DNA of 64,000 bases from Candidatus Omnitrophota bacterium. GTDB taxonomy: Bacteria > Omnitrophota > Gorgyraeia > Gygaellales > Profunditerraquicolaceae. Below the pieces are notes generated by a model that worked only from the letters and a program-made list of their open reading frames with translations, ran no database searches and was not told the DNA's origin. A program made the position numbers and the translations under genes. The stretch spans positions 129,482 to 193,481 of the forward strand of contig JBAYMG010000001.1 in the NCBI GenBank assembly GCA_041663665.1. Direction: 5' to 3'. Positions 47,887 through 56,959 of this stretch are shown here, piece after piece; positions within the stretch are counted from its first letter, which is position 1, and the number at the start of each line of letters is the position of its first letter.

Positions 47887-48239
47887 ATAATCGCGATGAA
47901 TCCAGAAATGAATTAGGGGTTTTAAGAATTCACAAAAACGTGATTTCATCAATATCTTCGATTGCGGCTATCGAAATCGAAGGGGTTAAACGCGTAGGCA
48001 AGGATTTAAAAAGCGGGTTGCTGGAATTGATCGGCCAAAAATTTTCATCGGCGATAAAAGTAAATATTTCTAAAAATGAAGAAGTAAAGGTTGAAATTCC
48101 TTTAATTATTAAGTATGGCTACAATATTCCTGAAGTTGCTAACCGTGTTCAGGAAAATGTCCGTCAAGCCTTGGATAAAATGAGTAATCTTTCCATAAAA
48201 GATATTAACGTGAATGTGCAGGGCATAGAAAGGGGCTGA
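47883..48239 (+). CDS. Asp23/Gls24-family alkaline shock protein
   Basis: [24 protein letters not shown]... Asp23 fold. Confidence 0.75.
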   Translation: MNNRDESRNELGVLRIHKNVISSISSIAAIEIEGVKRVGKDLKSGLLELIGQKFSSAIKVNISKNEEVKVEIPLIIKYGYNIPEVANRVQENVRQALDKMSNLSIKDINVNVQGIERG

Positions 48240-48241
48240 TC

Positions 48242-48850
48242 ATGAGATTTTTTACCACTCTGGGTATTATATTTTATGCTGCAGTTATTATTATCATTGG
48301 TTTAACCATGATTGTATTTGCTTTTAATTTGCTTTTGCCGCAAGATATTAATACTTTGCTTGTTTACGTCCAAAGCAGCCAGAATTCGCGAATAATTATG
48401 GGTTTAAGCGGTGCGCTTTTAATCTTGATTAGTTTTTCTTTTGCCCAGATTATTCTCGGGAAATTCCAGAGGGAAAAAACCATTGCTTTCGCTACTTCCG
48501 GTGGCCAGGTTACTATCTCGCTTTCCGCAGTTGAGGATTTGATTCGCCGGCTTGCCGGGATTATCCCTGAGGTAAAAGAATTGCGGCCAAATGTCGTAGC
48601 GAATAAAAAAGGAATTATTGTCGATATGCGTGTGGTATTGCGTTCGGAAGCAAATATCCCCGATTTGACCAGCCGTTTACAGGATATTACTAAATCTAAA
48701 ATTCAGGAAGTTTTGGGATTAGAGGAGCAAATTATTATTAAAATACATGTAGCTAAAATTGCTCATGATGAAAAAGACAGCCGTAAAAGAAAAGAATTTG
48801 AAAAGGATGATCGTTCAGCAATACCGTTTAGTGGATACGGACGTTTGTAG
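48242..48850 (+). CDS. AmaP-like membrane anchor partner of Asp23 (hypothetical membrane protein)
   Basis: 2 TM N-terminus. Called from its position immediately after the Asp23 gene. Confidence 0.45.
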   Translation: MRFFTTLGIIFYAAVIIIIGLTMIVFAFNLLLPQDINTLLVYVQSSQNSRIIMGLSGALLILISFSFAQIILGKFQREKTIAFATSGGQVTISLSAVEDLIRRLAGIIPEVKELRPNVVANKKGIIVDMRVVLRSEANIPDLTSRLQDITKSKIQEVLGLEEQIIIKIHVAKIAHDEKDSRKRKEFEKDDRSAIPFSGYGRL

Positions 48851-48876
48851 ATAAAATAATTAAAAGGAGAAATGAA

Positions 48877-49902
48877 ATGAGAATTGGTATACTTACAGGT
48901 GGAGGGGATTGCCCGGGATTAAATCCGGTTATCCGCGCGGTTGTGCGTAAGGCGTTGATTGAAGGTTATGAAATAATAGGAATTAAGAATGGCTGGAAGG
49001 GGTTAGTTGAAAATGACACAATGGCTTTAGATATAAATACAGTTTCCGGTATTTTACCTAAAGGCGGAACTATTTTAGGTACCAGCCGCACTAATCCTTA
49101 TAAAAAAGAAGGAGATTTGCTGAAGGCCAAAGATAATTTTAAAAAAATAGGATTAGATGCTTTAATCGCTGTCGGTGGAGAAGACACGTTGGGAGTTGCT
49201 TCTAAATTGTCCAAGGAAGGTTTGTCTATAGTCGGGGTTCCTAAAACCATTGATAATGACCTTTCGGCTACAGATTATACTTTTGGTTTTGATACTGCTT
49301 TAAACGTAGCTATGGAATGTATTGATCGTCTTCATACTACTGCTGAAAGCCATCATCGGATTATGGTTGCTGAAGTTATGGGCAGGCATGCAGGCTGGAT
49401 TGCTCTTGAAGCTGGTATCGCCGGAGGAGCAGACATGATTTTGATTCCTGAGGTTGCCATTGATGTAGATGAAGTTTGTAATGTTATTAAGAAGAGGCAT
49501 TCAAGAGGAAAGACCTTTAGTATTATTGTGGTGTCTGAAGGTGCTCAGTTTAAAGGCAGCGAGATGGTGCTTCAAGAGAAGAAACTTGATGCATTCGGAC
49601 ATGTGAGGCTTGGCGGTATTGGCGAGGAATTGGCTGCCCAGATTGAAAAAAGAACCGGTTATGAAACAAGAGTTAGTGTCTTAGGGCATATTCAGAGAGG
49701 CGGTTCACCGACTGCTTTTGACCGCGTGTTAGGTACGCGTTTAGGAGTCAAGGCCGTTGAACTGGTTAAAAATAAGAAATTCGGGAAAATGGTTGCTTTG
49801 GCCGGTATTAAAATTATTGATGTTCCTTTAGAGGATGCAGTTAAGGCTTTAAAAACTGTCGATATGGAACTTTATGATATTGCCAAGGTTTTCTTTGGAT
49901 AG
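48877..49902 (+). CDS. pfkA: 6-phosphofructokinase, probably pyrophosphate-dependent
   Basis: GGGDCPGLN. GGEDT (Asp at the E. coli Gly104 position) and PKTIDND (Lys at the Gly124 position) are both PPi-PFK signatures. Confidence 0.85.
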   Translation: MRIGILTGGGDCPGLNPVIRAVVRKALIEGYEIIGIKNGWKGLVENDTMALDINTVSGILPKGGTILGTSRTNPYKKEGDLLKAKDNFKKIGLDALIAVGGEDTLGVASKLSKEGLSIVGVPKTIDNDLSATDYTFGFDTALNVAMECIDRLHTTAESHHRIMVAEVMGRHAGWIALEAGIAGGADMILIPEVAIDVDEVCNVIKKRHSRGKTFSIIVVSEGAQFKGSEMVLQEKKLDAFGHVRLGGIGEELAAQIEKRTGYETRVSVLGHIQRGGSPTAFDRVLGTRLGVKAVELVKNKKFGKMVALAGIKIIDVPLEDAVKALKTVDMELYDIAKVFFG

Positions 49903-50032
49903 GGTGCAAAAACGCTCGACGCCAAGTAGTTATCCGGCGCTTATTTGAATTGTGCCGGTGTCGGTTAACCGGAAAATTATGTTGGTGTGCGCTAAAATAG
50001 CGCGGGCAGGAGATCGCCACGTGGAGGAAATA

Positions 50033-50611
50033 ATGCGTGAGAGAGTAAAGGATATTCTTTTAGAAAGCATTCAGGTTAAAGAAGAGATCTTGCGTAATCA
50101 GGTTGAATCAATCGTTCAGATTGCTGAACTGATGATTGATTGTTTAAAGAAAGACGGCAAGGTAATCGTTTTTGGTAACGGCGGATCGGCTAGTGATAGC
50201 CAGCATATTGCCGCTGAGTTAGTCGGGCGTTTTAAGAAAGACCGTTCTGCGTTAGCAGGTATTGCGTTGACGACTAATACATCCATACTTACTTCGCTGG
50301 CTAATGATTACGGTTATGATGTAGTTTTTTCCCGTCAGGTGGAAGCTTTGGGTAAAAAAAATGATGTAGTTTTGGGAATTTCTACCAGCGGAAAAGCTAA
50401 AAACGTAGCTTTAGGTATCAAACAGGCAAAAAAGATGGGAATTAAAACCGTGGCCTTAAGTGGAGGAGACGGCGGAGACATTGTAAAATTAGCTGATTTA
50501 TCTTTAGTTGTACCTTCTAAAGTTACCGCAAGAATCCAGGAAGCACACATTACTATTGCCCATATAATATGCGAAATGATCGAACAGGTGCTTTGTCAGG
50601 AGCAAAAATAA
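50033..50611 (+). CDS. gmhA: Phosphoheptose isomerase (SIS domain)
   Basis: Start set at ATG 50033 after GGAGGAAATA. GNGGSASDSQH and SGKA(KN) SIS motifs. Confidence 0.85.
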   Translation: MRERVKDILLESIQVKEEILRNQVESIVQIAELMIDCLKKDGKVIVFGNGGSASDSQHIAAELVGRFKKDRSALAGIALTTNTSILTSLANDYGYDVVFSRQVEALGKKNDVVLGISTSGKAKNVALGIKQAKKMGIKTVALSGGDGGDIVKLADLSLVVPSKVTARIQEAHITIAHIICEMIEQVLCQEQK

Positions 50612-51081
50612 CCACTCTTCCTGTTCTTAGGAAGAGACTGAAAGATTTAAGATCTCTCGGCAAACGTATAGTTTTTACGAATGGCTGTTTTGATATTTTG
50701 CATTATGGACATGTTAAGTATCTTGAAGATGCCAAGAGTAAAGGGGATTTTCTGGTTGTCGCAATAAATAGCGACTCTTCCATTAAAAAAATTAAAGCTT
50801 TCGGTAGGCCGGTTATCGGGCAGTTTGACCGTTTGAAGACTGTTGCCGCATTAGCCAGCGTGGATTTTGTTGTTTTATTTAACCAAGATAATCCGCTTAA
50901 ATTAATCAAAGCGTTAAAGCCGGATATGTTGATTAAAGGCTCAGACTGGAGTAAGAATAAAATAATTGGCGCGGATTTTGTAAAAACTTACGGCGGCAAA
51001 GTAGAAACCGTTAATTTAGTTAAAGGCCGATCAACTAGCGCAATCATTGAAAAAATCATTAGGTGCTTTGAGAAAAGATGA
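50569..51081 (+). CDS. D-glycero-beta-D-manno-heptose-1-phosphate adenylyltransferase (RfaE domain II / HldE C-domain-like cytidylyltransferase)
   Basis: VFTNGCFDILHYGH nucleotidyltransferase motif. The only ATG start, 50569, overlaps gmhA by 43 nt; TTG 50593 is an alternative. Confidence 0.8.
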   Translation: MRNDRTGALSGAKITTLPVLRKRLKDLRSLGKRIVFTNGCFDILHYGHVKYLEDAKSKGDFLVVAINSDSSIKKIKAFGRPVIGQFDRLKTVAALASVDFVVLFNQDNPLKLIKALKPDMLIKGSDWSKNKIIGADFVKTYGGKVETVNLVKGRSTSAIIEKIIRCFEKR

Positions 51082-51088
51082 AATGCCC

Positions 51089-51117
51089 ATACTTACTTGT
51101 TAAAACTAAGTAAGTAT
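51089..51117 (+). terminator. AT-rich hairpin after hldE-like gene
   Basis: atacttactt-gttaaaact-aagtaagtat then TTT. The stem is weak. Confidence 0.3.
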
Positions 51118-51139
51118 TTCGCTGGAAAGAAACTATAAG

Positions 51140-51580
51140 GTGCTCAATATTTACCGGATAATTGATGCGAATTTGAATCGGGCCAAAGAAGGGTTACGTG
51201 TATGCGAAGAGATAACCCGGTTTATTTTAGGTAGCCAGAAATTAACTGCTCTTTTAAAGGATATCCGGCATAGAATTGACCTCGATGCCCGCAAAATTTA
51301 TCCGGTTGAAAAATTAATCAACCAGCGCAATAGTGATACTGATGTGGGTAGGCGCAATTGCTCCGGGGAACTGGAGCGTTATAATTGTCAGGATATATTT
51401 TTCGCGAATATTCAAAGAGCAAAAGAATCATTACGCGTACTGGAAGAGTTTAGTAAATTATTGGATGTTAAAGTCGCTTTAAGTTTTAAGCAGCTTAGAT
51501 ATAAAGTTTATGAAATCGAGAAAGAATCTTTTAAAAAAGTCTCAGCTTTACCTGATTCTAAATCGGCAGCTAGAAAATAA
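51140..51580 (+). CDS. ThiE-associated N-terminal-domain-like protein (ThiD2-like); probably the 5' part of a frameshifted thiE fusion
   Basis: 146-aa ORF whose 3' end overlaps thiE by 71 nt in another frame. No SD precedes the thiE ATG. Confidence 0.5.
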   Translation: MLNIYRIIDANLNRAKEGLRVCEEITRFILGSQKLTALLKDIRHRIDLDARKIYPVEKLINQRNSDTDVGRRNCSGELERYNCQDIFFANIQRAKESLRVLEEFSKLLDVKVALSFKQLRYKVYEIEKESFKKVSALPDSKSAARK

Positions 51581-52151
51581 AGGTTCTTTAGAAAAGATAT
51601 GTTCGGATTTTTCCGGAAAAGGAATTGACGTAATTCAATTAAGAGATAAGGTAAGTGCAAAAAAAGAAGTATTAAATTTTGCACTTTATTTAGCTAAATA
51701 TTTCAAGGCCAGTAAAACGCTCTTTATAATTAATGATTATACCGATATTGCTTTAGCCTCTGGTGCAGATGGCGTACATTTAGGCCAAGATGATTCTTCG
51801 ATAAAAGAAGCTAAAAAAATATTAGGCAAAGGTAAGATCATTGGAGTTTCCTGCCATTCTTTGCAGCAAGCCTTAAAGGCGCAAAAAGAAGGGGCAGATT
51901 ATATCGGTATTGGGCCAATATATTCAACTCCGACAAAGCCCGAGTATAAAGCCATAGGTTTAGAAACTTTGCGGCAATTGAAAGGTAAGATAAAAATACC
52001 GTATTTTGCTATCGGAGACATAGGGCAAGAAAATATTAAAGCTATTGTTGCTAACGGCGCTACGCGTGTTGCAGTTTGCCGTGCGATTTTGAATGCTAAA
52101 TCGGCTAAAAGAACAGTGAGACAGTTAAATAACTTATTAGGGAAAAAATGA
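51510..52151 (+). CDS. thiE: Thiamine-phosphate synthase
   Basis: ...SQLYLILN..., ...VIQLRDK..., ...VHLGQDD... and ...YIGIGPIYSTPTK... ThiE motifs. Confidence 0.88.
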   Translation: MKSRKNLLKKSQLYLILNRQLENKGSLEKICSDFSGKGIDVIQLRDKVSAKKEVLNFALYLAKYFKASKTLFIINDYTDIALASGADGVHLGQDDSSIKEAKKILGKGKIIGVSCHSLQQALKAQKEGADYIGIGPIYSTPTKPEYKAIGLETLRQLKGKIKIPYFAIGDIGQENIKAIVANGATRVAVCRAILNAKSAKRTVRQLNNLLGKK

Positions 52152-53431
52152 CTCAATTAGAATTTGCTAAGAAAAACATTGTTACTCCAATTGTGCGCAA
52201 ATTGGCTGCTGTTGAAGGAATTAAGCCCCAACAGCTTATGCAATTAGTCCGCACAGGTAAAGTTGTAATACCTTTAAACATGAATCATAAAATTTCCAAG
52301 CCTTGCGCAGTAGGGGCTGGTTTGTCTACGAAAATTAATGCTAATATCGGTACCTCAACGGATGAATCCCGGATTTCTGATGAGATAGAAAAACTTAAGG
52401 TTGCAATTAAACACGGTGCAGATGCGTTAATGGATTTAAGCGTTGGAGGAGATTTGCGTAAGGTAAGGCAGGAAGTTTTAAAATATTCAACTGTTCCTGT
52501 TGGCACTGTTCCGGTTTATGAAGTAGCAGTCAGGGCAAGTGAAAAAAATAAAAATTTCCTTGAATTTAACCCAGATGATATTTTGGCAGTATTAGAGGAT
52601 CAGGCAAAACAGGGAGTAGATTTTTTTACTATTCATAGTGGAATAACTAAAAAGAGTTTAAAAATTTTAGAAAAACAGAAACGGCTTATGGGGATTGTCT
52701 CGCGTGGAGGGGCGATTATTGCCAGTTGGATGAAATTCCATAAAAAAGAAAATCCTTTTTATTCCCACTTTGAACAGATTTTAGATGTTGCTTATCAATA
52801 TGATGTAACCCTAAGCTTAGGGGATGGTTTGCGTCCGGGATCAATTTTGGATGCTACCGATAAAGCTCAAATTGCGGAATTAAAAATTTTAGGGGAATTG
52901 GCTCAGCGGGCTTTTAACCGCGGTGTCCAGGTAATGATTGAAGGCCCAGGGCATGTGCCAATAGATCAGATTGAAAAAAATATTGCCTTAGAGAAAAAAT
53001 ATTGCCATGCTGCTCCGTTTTATGTGCTCGGGCCATTGGTTACTGATGTCGCACCGGGTTACGACCATATTACTTCGGCAATTGGAGGAGCAATGGCGGC
53101 TAGTTTTGGGGCGGATTTTCTTTGTTACGTAACACCGGCGGAGCATTTACGGCATCCAACAGCAAGTGATGTTAAAGAAGGTGTTATCGCCAGCCGTATT
53201 GCTGCGCACGCTGGAGACCTGGTTAAAAGAAGAAAAATTGCTATTGAATGGGATAAAAAGATCTCTAACGCCCGAAAGGCAAGGGATTGGAAGAAGCAAA
53301 TTCAATTATCAATTGATCCTGAAAAATCCAGGGAGTATCGTTTAAGCAGTAAACCAAAACTTTCTGATGTTTGCACCATGTGTGGTAAATATTGCTCTAT
53401 GAAATTAATGGAAGATTGTTCAAAGAAATAG
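52148..53431 (+). CDS. thiC: Phosphomethylpyrimidine synthase
   Basis: 427 aa. C-terminal CTMCGKYCSMK radical-SAM-type cluster motif of ThiC. Confidence 0.93.
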   Translation: MTQLEFAKKNIVTPIVRKLAAVEGIKPQQLMQLVRTGKVVIPLNMNHKISKPCAVGAGLSTKINANIGTSTDESRISDEIEKLKVAIKHGADALMDLSVGGDLRKVRQEVLKYSTVPVGTVPVYEVAVRASEKNKNFLEFNPDDILAVLEDQAKQGVDFFTIHSGITKKSLKILEKQKRLMGIVSRGGAIIASWMKFHKKENPFYSHFEQILDVAYQYDVTLSLGDGLRPGSILDATDKAQIAELKILGELAQRAFNRGVQVMIEGPGHVPIDQIEKNIALEKKYCHAAPFYVLGPLVTDVAPGYDHITSAIGGAMAASFGADFLCYVTPAEHLRHPTASDVKEGVIASRIAAHAGDLVKRRKIAIEWDKKISNARKARDWKKQIQLSIDPEKSREYRLSSKPKLSDVCTMCGKYCSMKLMEDCSKK

Positions 53432-53464
53432 TTTGTAGTATGTGGCGTTGATGGTTATTTTGCG

Positions 53465-53620
53465 CTAATTGGCACCTGGCGCCAATTGGAATTGCGCCAG
53501 TGTTTGCTAGGTAGCATACACCTGGAGCTAATTGGAATTGCGCCAGTGTTTGCTAGGTAGCATACACCTGGAGCTAATTGGAATTGCGCGGGTGCGTTTG
53601 ATAATTTGCGCACCTAACCC
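53465..53620. repeat. 46-bp tandem direct repeat, ~3.5 copies, degenerating 3'
   Basis: A cacctgg[c/a]gc[c/t]aattggaattgcgccagtgtttgctaggtagcata unit starts at 53473, 53519 and 53565 (the third copy diverges after aattgcgc). The cacct period continues at 53611. Each unit contains a ctggcgc...gcgccag inverted repeat. Confidence 0.85.
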
Positions 53621-53653
53621 TTAATGGAGTTGTGTTAGTGCGCGATAGGTATC

Positions 53654-53724
53654 GCGGGTGTAATTCAGTGGTAGAATGGCAGCTTCCCAAGCTGCATATG
53701 GCGGTCCGATTCCGCTCACCCGCT
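53654..53724 (+). tRNA. tRNA-Gly (anticodon CCC)
   Basis: Manual fold: acceptor GCGGGTG/CACCCGC, D-arm ATTC-AGTGGTA-GAAT, anticodon arm GCAGC-TTCCCAA-GCTGC, 4-nt variable loop, T-arm GGCGG-TCCGATT-CCGCT, discriminator T. No encoded CCA. Confidence 0.7.
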
Positions 53725-53737
53725 TAAAATAACTGAT

Positions 53738-54400
53738 ATGAAAAATATTATTCTGATATTTATAATCTTATTCTGTGCGGGTTGCCAGACTATACCTCCT
53801 TATAGCGGTCCGGTTTTACCTGCAACAGCGCAAAAAGTTCCCGGCATACAACACAAAGTGGAATCCGGCGAAACTCTTTGGAAAATATCACAGATTTATA
53901 ATGTTGATATTGATGAAATTTTACGTCTTAATCGTCTTTCCGAAGCTGCAACTATTGAGGTTGGCCAGATACTTATAATTCCTAGGCAGCCGGCTGTGTA
54001 CAAAGAACAACCGGTTAAAATCTCTACGGATGATTTTATCTGGCCGCTTAAGGGCAAGATAATTTCAGCCTTTGGTTCTAATTATCGTAATTTAATAAAT
54101 AAGGGGATTAATATCCAGGCTTCTTCCGGTGTAGATATCTTAGCTGCCCGGAGTGGCCGGGTAGTTTTTTATGCCGCTAACTTTGGAAATTTTGGCAAAA
54201 CTGTAATTATTGACCATGGGGATGGCTTGCGTAGTGTTTATTCCCGGGCATCAGAAATTTTTGTAAGATCAGGAGATAACGTTCAAAGAGGGGCTTTAAT
54301 TGGCCGTGTCGGTTCAGCTTCAAGGGATAAGGGCAGCTATCTGCATTTTGAAATCAGAAAAGGTGCTTTACCGCAAAATCCATCATTTTATTTACCATGA
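53738..54400 (+). CDS. LysM-domain M23 metallopeptidase lipoprotein
   Basis: Lipobox LFCAGC. LysM (GETLWKISQIYNVDIDEILRLN). M23 (HGDGLRSVYS...YLHFEIR). Confidence 0.85.
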   Translation: MKNIILIFIILFCAGCQTIPPYSGPVLPATAQKVPGIQHKVESGETLWKISQIYNVDIDEILRLNRLSEAATIEVGQILIIPRQPAVYKEQPVKISTDDFIWPLKGKIISAFGSNYRNLINKGINIQASSGVDILAARSGRVVFYAANFGNFGKTVIIDHGDGLRSVYSRASEIFVRSGDNVQRGALIGRVGSASRDKGSYLHFEIRKGALPQNPSFYLP

Positions 54401-55992
54401 TAAAAGATAAATTTTTTGACCGTACAAATTACATTCAGATTTTAGAGAAACGCGTAAGCTCCTTAAAAGAAGGCTACCGGCAGAATATTGTTTTTATCGG
54501 TGAAGAGAATGTCGGGAAAACCAGTATTATTTCTAAGTTTTTGTCTGGCTTTTATGATACCAAGATAGTAACAGTTTTTTTAGAGGTGCGTTCTGAGCCG
54601 TTAGATGTTTTTGCTAAAAGATTTATTGGCGCGTTGCTTTATAATTTCCTGCTTAATAGTGAAGTACCCTTGAAAGAAGATCTAGATTATTTGATTAATA
54701 AATCCAGCCAGCTTGTACCTAAAACCTGTGAAAAAATAAATTTTATACTTAACGAACTTTCCAAAAGGAAAAAGATAAATATTGTTACCGAGCTTTTTAG
54801 CCTTCCGGAATCAATCAACCAGGAAACAGGTAAATTTACGGTTATTTTTCTAGACGAGTTTCATAATCTTGAAAATATTGGAGTCAGCAATTTATACCGC
54901 GAATGGGGTAAGCTGCTTATTTTGCAAAAGAATACTCTTTATGCGATAACTAGCTCAAGAATATTTAAAGCTAAAGCGGTTCTTTCTAAACAGTTATCTT
55001 TATTGTTTGGTAATTTTGAGGTAATTACAGTTGAGCCTTTTGATACTCATACAAGCGCTAGTTACCTTGACCAGCGCATCCCTAGTTTAAAGTTAAAGCC
55101 CGGATTAAAAGATTTTATAATTAATTTTACCGGCGGCTATCCTTTGTACTTGGAGTTAATTGCTGATGCTTTATCTAAGGCGAACATCGCAGCTGATTTG
55201 CCGGATATCCTGGAAGACCTTTTGTTTAATACCTCAGGGATTCTTAACCAGAGGTTTTCTAACTATATCAAACGTTTCCTGGATTGTTCGTCAAGTAATG
55301 ATTACATTTCGGTACTTTATCTAATCGCCAGCGGTCAAAATAAAATTAAAGATATTGCTCATCTTTTGCATAAACAGAAAAAAGAACTTGCGGTCAGGGT
55401 TAACTATCTTCTTGAGGCTGATGCTATAAGTGTCAGCGGTGATTTTCTTAAGATCAGCGACCGCCTGTTTGCCTATTGGATGCGTTTTGTTTATCAAGAA
55501 AAAATGCGTTCTGTTTCTTTTGATGCTAAGAATCAAAAAGAAAAATTCCGGGATAATATTTTAGAGCTTATTCGGGAATTTTCTGTTCAATCCGACAAGC
55601 CGTTGGCTAACCGTGTTTCCGATCTACTGTATTTATTCGATGACGATCTTATGCAAATTGAGCGTAAAAAAATCAGGCTTAATCATTTTCGCGAGATTAA
55701 GCCTTTAGCCATTAACGGCCGTTATTTAAAGGATGGTTTATTGGGCCGTTCCAGCGATGCTTTGTGGATTATGGCGGTTAAAGCTGATTCGCTTACTGAA
55801 CAGGATGTTGCAGAGTTTGCTAAAGAGTGCAAGAGATATCATCATAAATCGCAGCGGAAAATTATTGTTACTTTAAAAGAAGTCGATCCTAATGCCAGGT
55901 TACGAGCGCTGGAAGAGAAGATTTGGACTTGGGATTTAAATAGTTTAAATCAGATTCTGGATTTATATTCTAAACCGAGGGTAATTGCATGA
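54397..55992 (+). CDS. P-loop ATPase, archaeal-ATPase (PF01637/DUF234)-like
   Basis: Walker A GEENVGKTS, Walker B VIFLDEFHNL, then a long alpha-helical C-terminal region. 531 aa. Confidence 0.5.
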   Translation: MIKDKFFDRTNYIQILEKRVSSLKEGYRQNIVFIGEENVGKTSIISKFLSGFYDTKIVTVFLEVRSEPLDVFAKRFIGALLYNFLLNSEVPLKEDLDYLINKSSQLVPKTCEKINFILNELSKRKKINIVTELFSLPESINQETGKFTVIFLDEFHNLENIGVSNLYREWGKLLILQKNTLYAITSSRIFKAKAVLSKQLSLLFGNFEVITVEPFDTHTSASYLDQRIPSLKLKPGLKDFIINFTGGYPLYLELIADALSKANIAADLPDILEDLLFNTSGILNQRFSNYIKRFLDCSSSNDYISVLYLIASGQNKIKDIAHLLHKQKKELAVRVNYLLEADAISVSGDFLKISDRLFAYWMRFVYQEKMRSVSFDAKNQKEKFRDNILELIREFSVQSDKPLANRVSDLLYLFDDDLMQIERKKIRLNHFREIKPLAINGRYLKDGLLGRSSDALWIMAVKADSLTEQDVAEFAKECKRYHHKSQRKIIVTLKEVDPNARLRALEEKIWTWDLNSLNQILDLYSKPRVIA

Positions 55993-56486
55993 AAATTGGC
56001 GTAATTTCAGATACCCATATTCCGGATAAATGCGAGCATATACCTAAAACAGTTTTAAATGTTTTTAAGGGGGTTGATTTGGTTATCCATGCCGGCGATA
56101 TCGTAAGTTTAAAGGCTTTAGAAGAATTAAAAGATGTCTGCGAAAAAGTTGTCGTCGTGGCTGGAAATATGGATCCTGATGAGGTGGTAAGAAAATATCC
56201 CCAAAAGCAGGTTTTGGATATTTTGGGCCTTAAGATCGGCCTGGCTCATGGTTCCGGAGCTCCGGTAGGCCTGGTGGATTTGCTTAAAGGTATTTTTGAA
56301 AAGGATGGCTGCGATATCATTGTTTTTGGGCATTCGCATAGGCCAATGAATGAAAAAATAGGCAAAACTTTATTTTTTAATCCCGGCAGCGCGACAGATT
56401 TTATTTCAGGTGACACCACTTACGGTATAATTGAGATTAATGAAAAAAATAAAAATAAGATTGAGGCTAGTATAATTAAAATTTAA
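55989..56486 (+). CDS. YfcE/MJ0936-family metallophosphoesterase
   Basis: ISDTHIP...HAGDI...GNMD...GHSH calcineurin-like motifs. 165 aa. Confidence 0.8.
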   Translation: MKIGVISDTHIPDKCEHIPKTVLNVFKGVDLVIHAGDIVSLKALEELKDVCEKVVVVAGNMDPDEVVRKYPQKQVLDILGLKIGLAHGSGAPVGLVDLLKGIFEKDGCDIIVFGHSHRPMNEKIGKTLFFNPGSATDFISGDTTYGIIEINEKNKNKIEASIIKI

Positions 56487-56488
56487 TT

Positions 56489-56959
56489 ATGGATAAGCTC
56501 TGGGCGCCGTGGCGGATTAGCTATATCAGCAAGAAGAAGCAAAAAGAGTGCGTTTTTTGCCAAGCTAAAAAAGATAGTTCAAAAGATCAGGTTATTTTTA
56601 AAACAAAAAAGTCAATCTGCTTGCTTAATATCTACCCTTACAATAATGGCCACATTTTAATTTCTCCTTTAAGGCATTTTGCTGATATTTCGAATGCGTC
56701 GGATGAAGAGATCTTGGATATGTTTGAATGTTTAAAACGTGCTAAAGCGCTTTTACAAAAAATATTAAAGCCGCAAGGTTATAACGTTGGTTTTAATCTT
56801 AAGCGCCCGGCAGGGGCTGGTATTACCGGCCACTTGCATTTACATCTTGTCCCGCGGTGGGTCGGGGATACAAATTTTATGCCGGTGATTGGGGATAGCC
56901 GGGTAATTTCACAGTCGCTAGCGGAGTTAGCGAAACTTTTAAAAAATGCCGATAGATAA
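56489..56959 (+). CDS. HIT-family nucleotide hydrolase/transferase
   Basis: HLHLHLVPR histidine triad. Confidence 0.85.
   Translation: MDKLWAPWRISYISKKKQKECVFCQAKKDSSKDQVIFKTKKSICLLNIYPYNNGHILISPLRHFADISNASDEEILDMFECLKRAKALLQKILKPQGYNVGFNLKRPAGAGITGHLHLHLVPRWVGDTNFMPVIGDSRVISQSLAELAKLLKNADR

Noticed and set aside
49952-50032. Upstream extension of the gmhA ORF (MPVSVNRKIMLVCAKIARAGDRHVEEI)
   Set aside because: There is no RBS. The ATG at 50033 has GGAGGAAATA 5' of it and gives a normal-length SIS protein.
51082-51139. TPP riboswitch expected upstream of thi genes
   Set aside because: I searched for the CUGAGA...ACCUGAUCUGGAUAAUGCCAGCG-type core and found none. Only an AT-rich hairpin, likely a terminator, is present.
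53465-53620. Possible CRISPR array (46-bp direct repeats)
   Set aside because: The repeats are strictly tandem with no intervening unique spacers and degenerate progressively. No cas genes are nearby.
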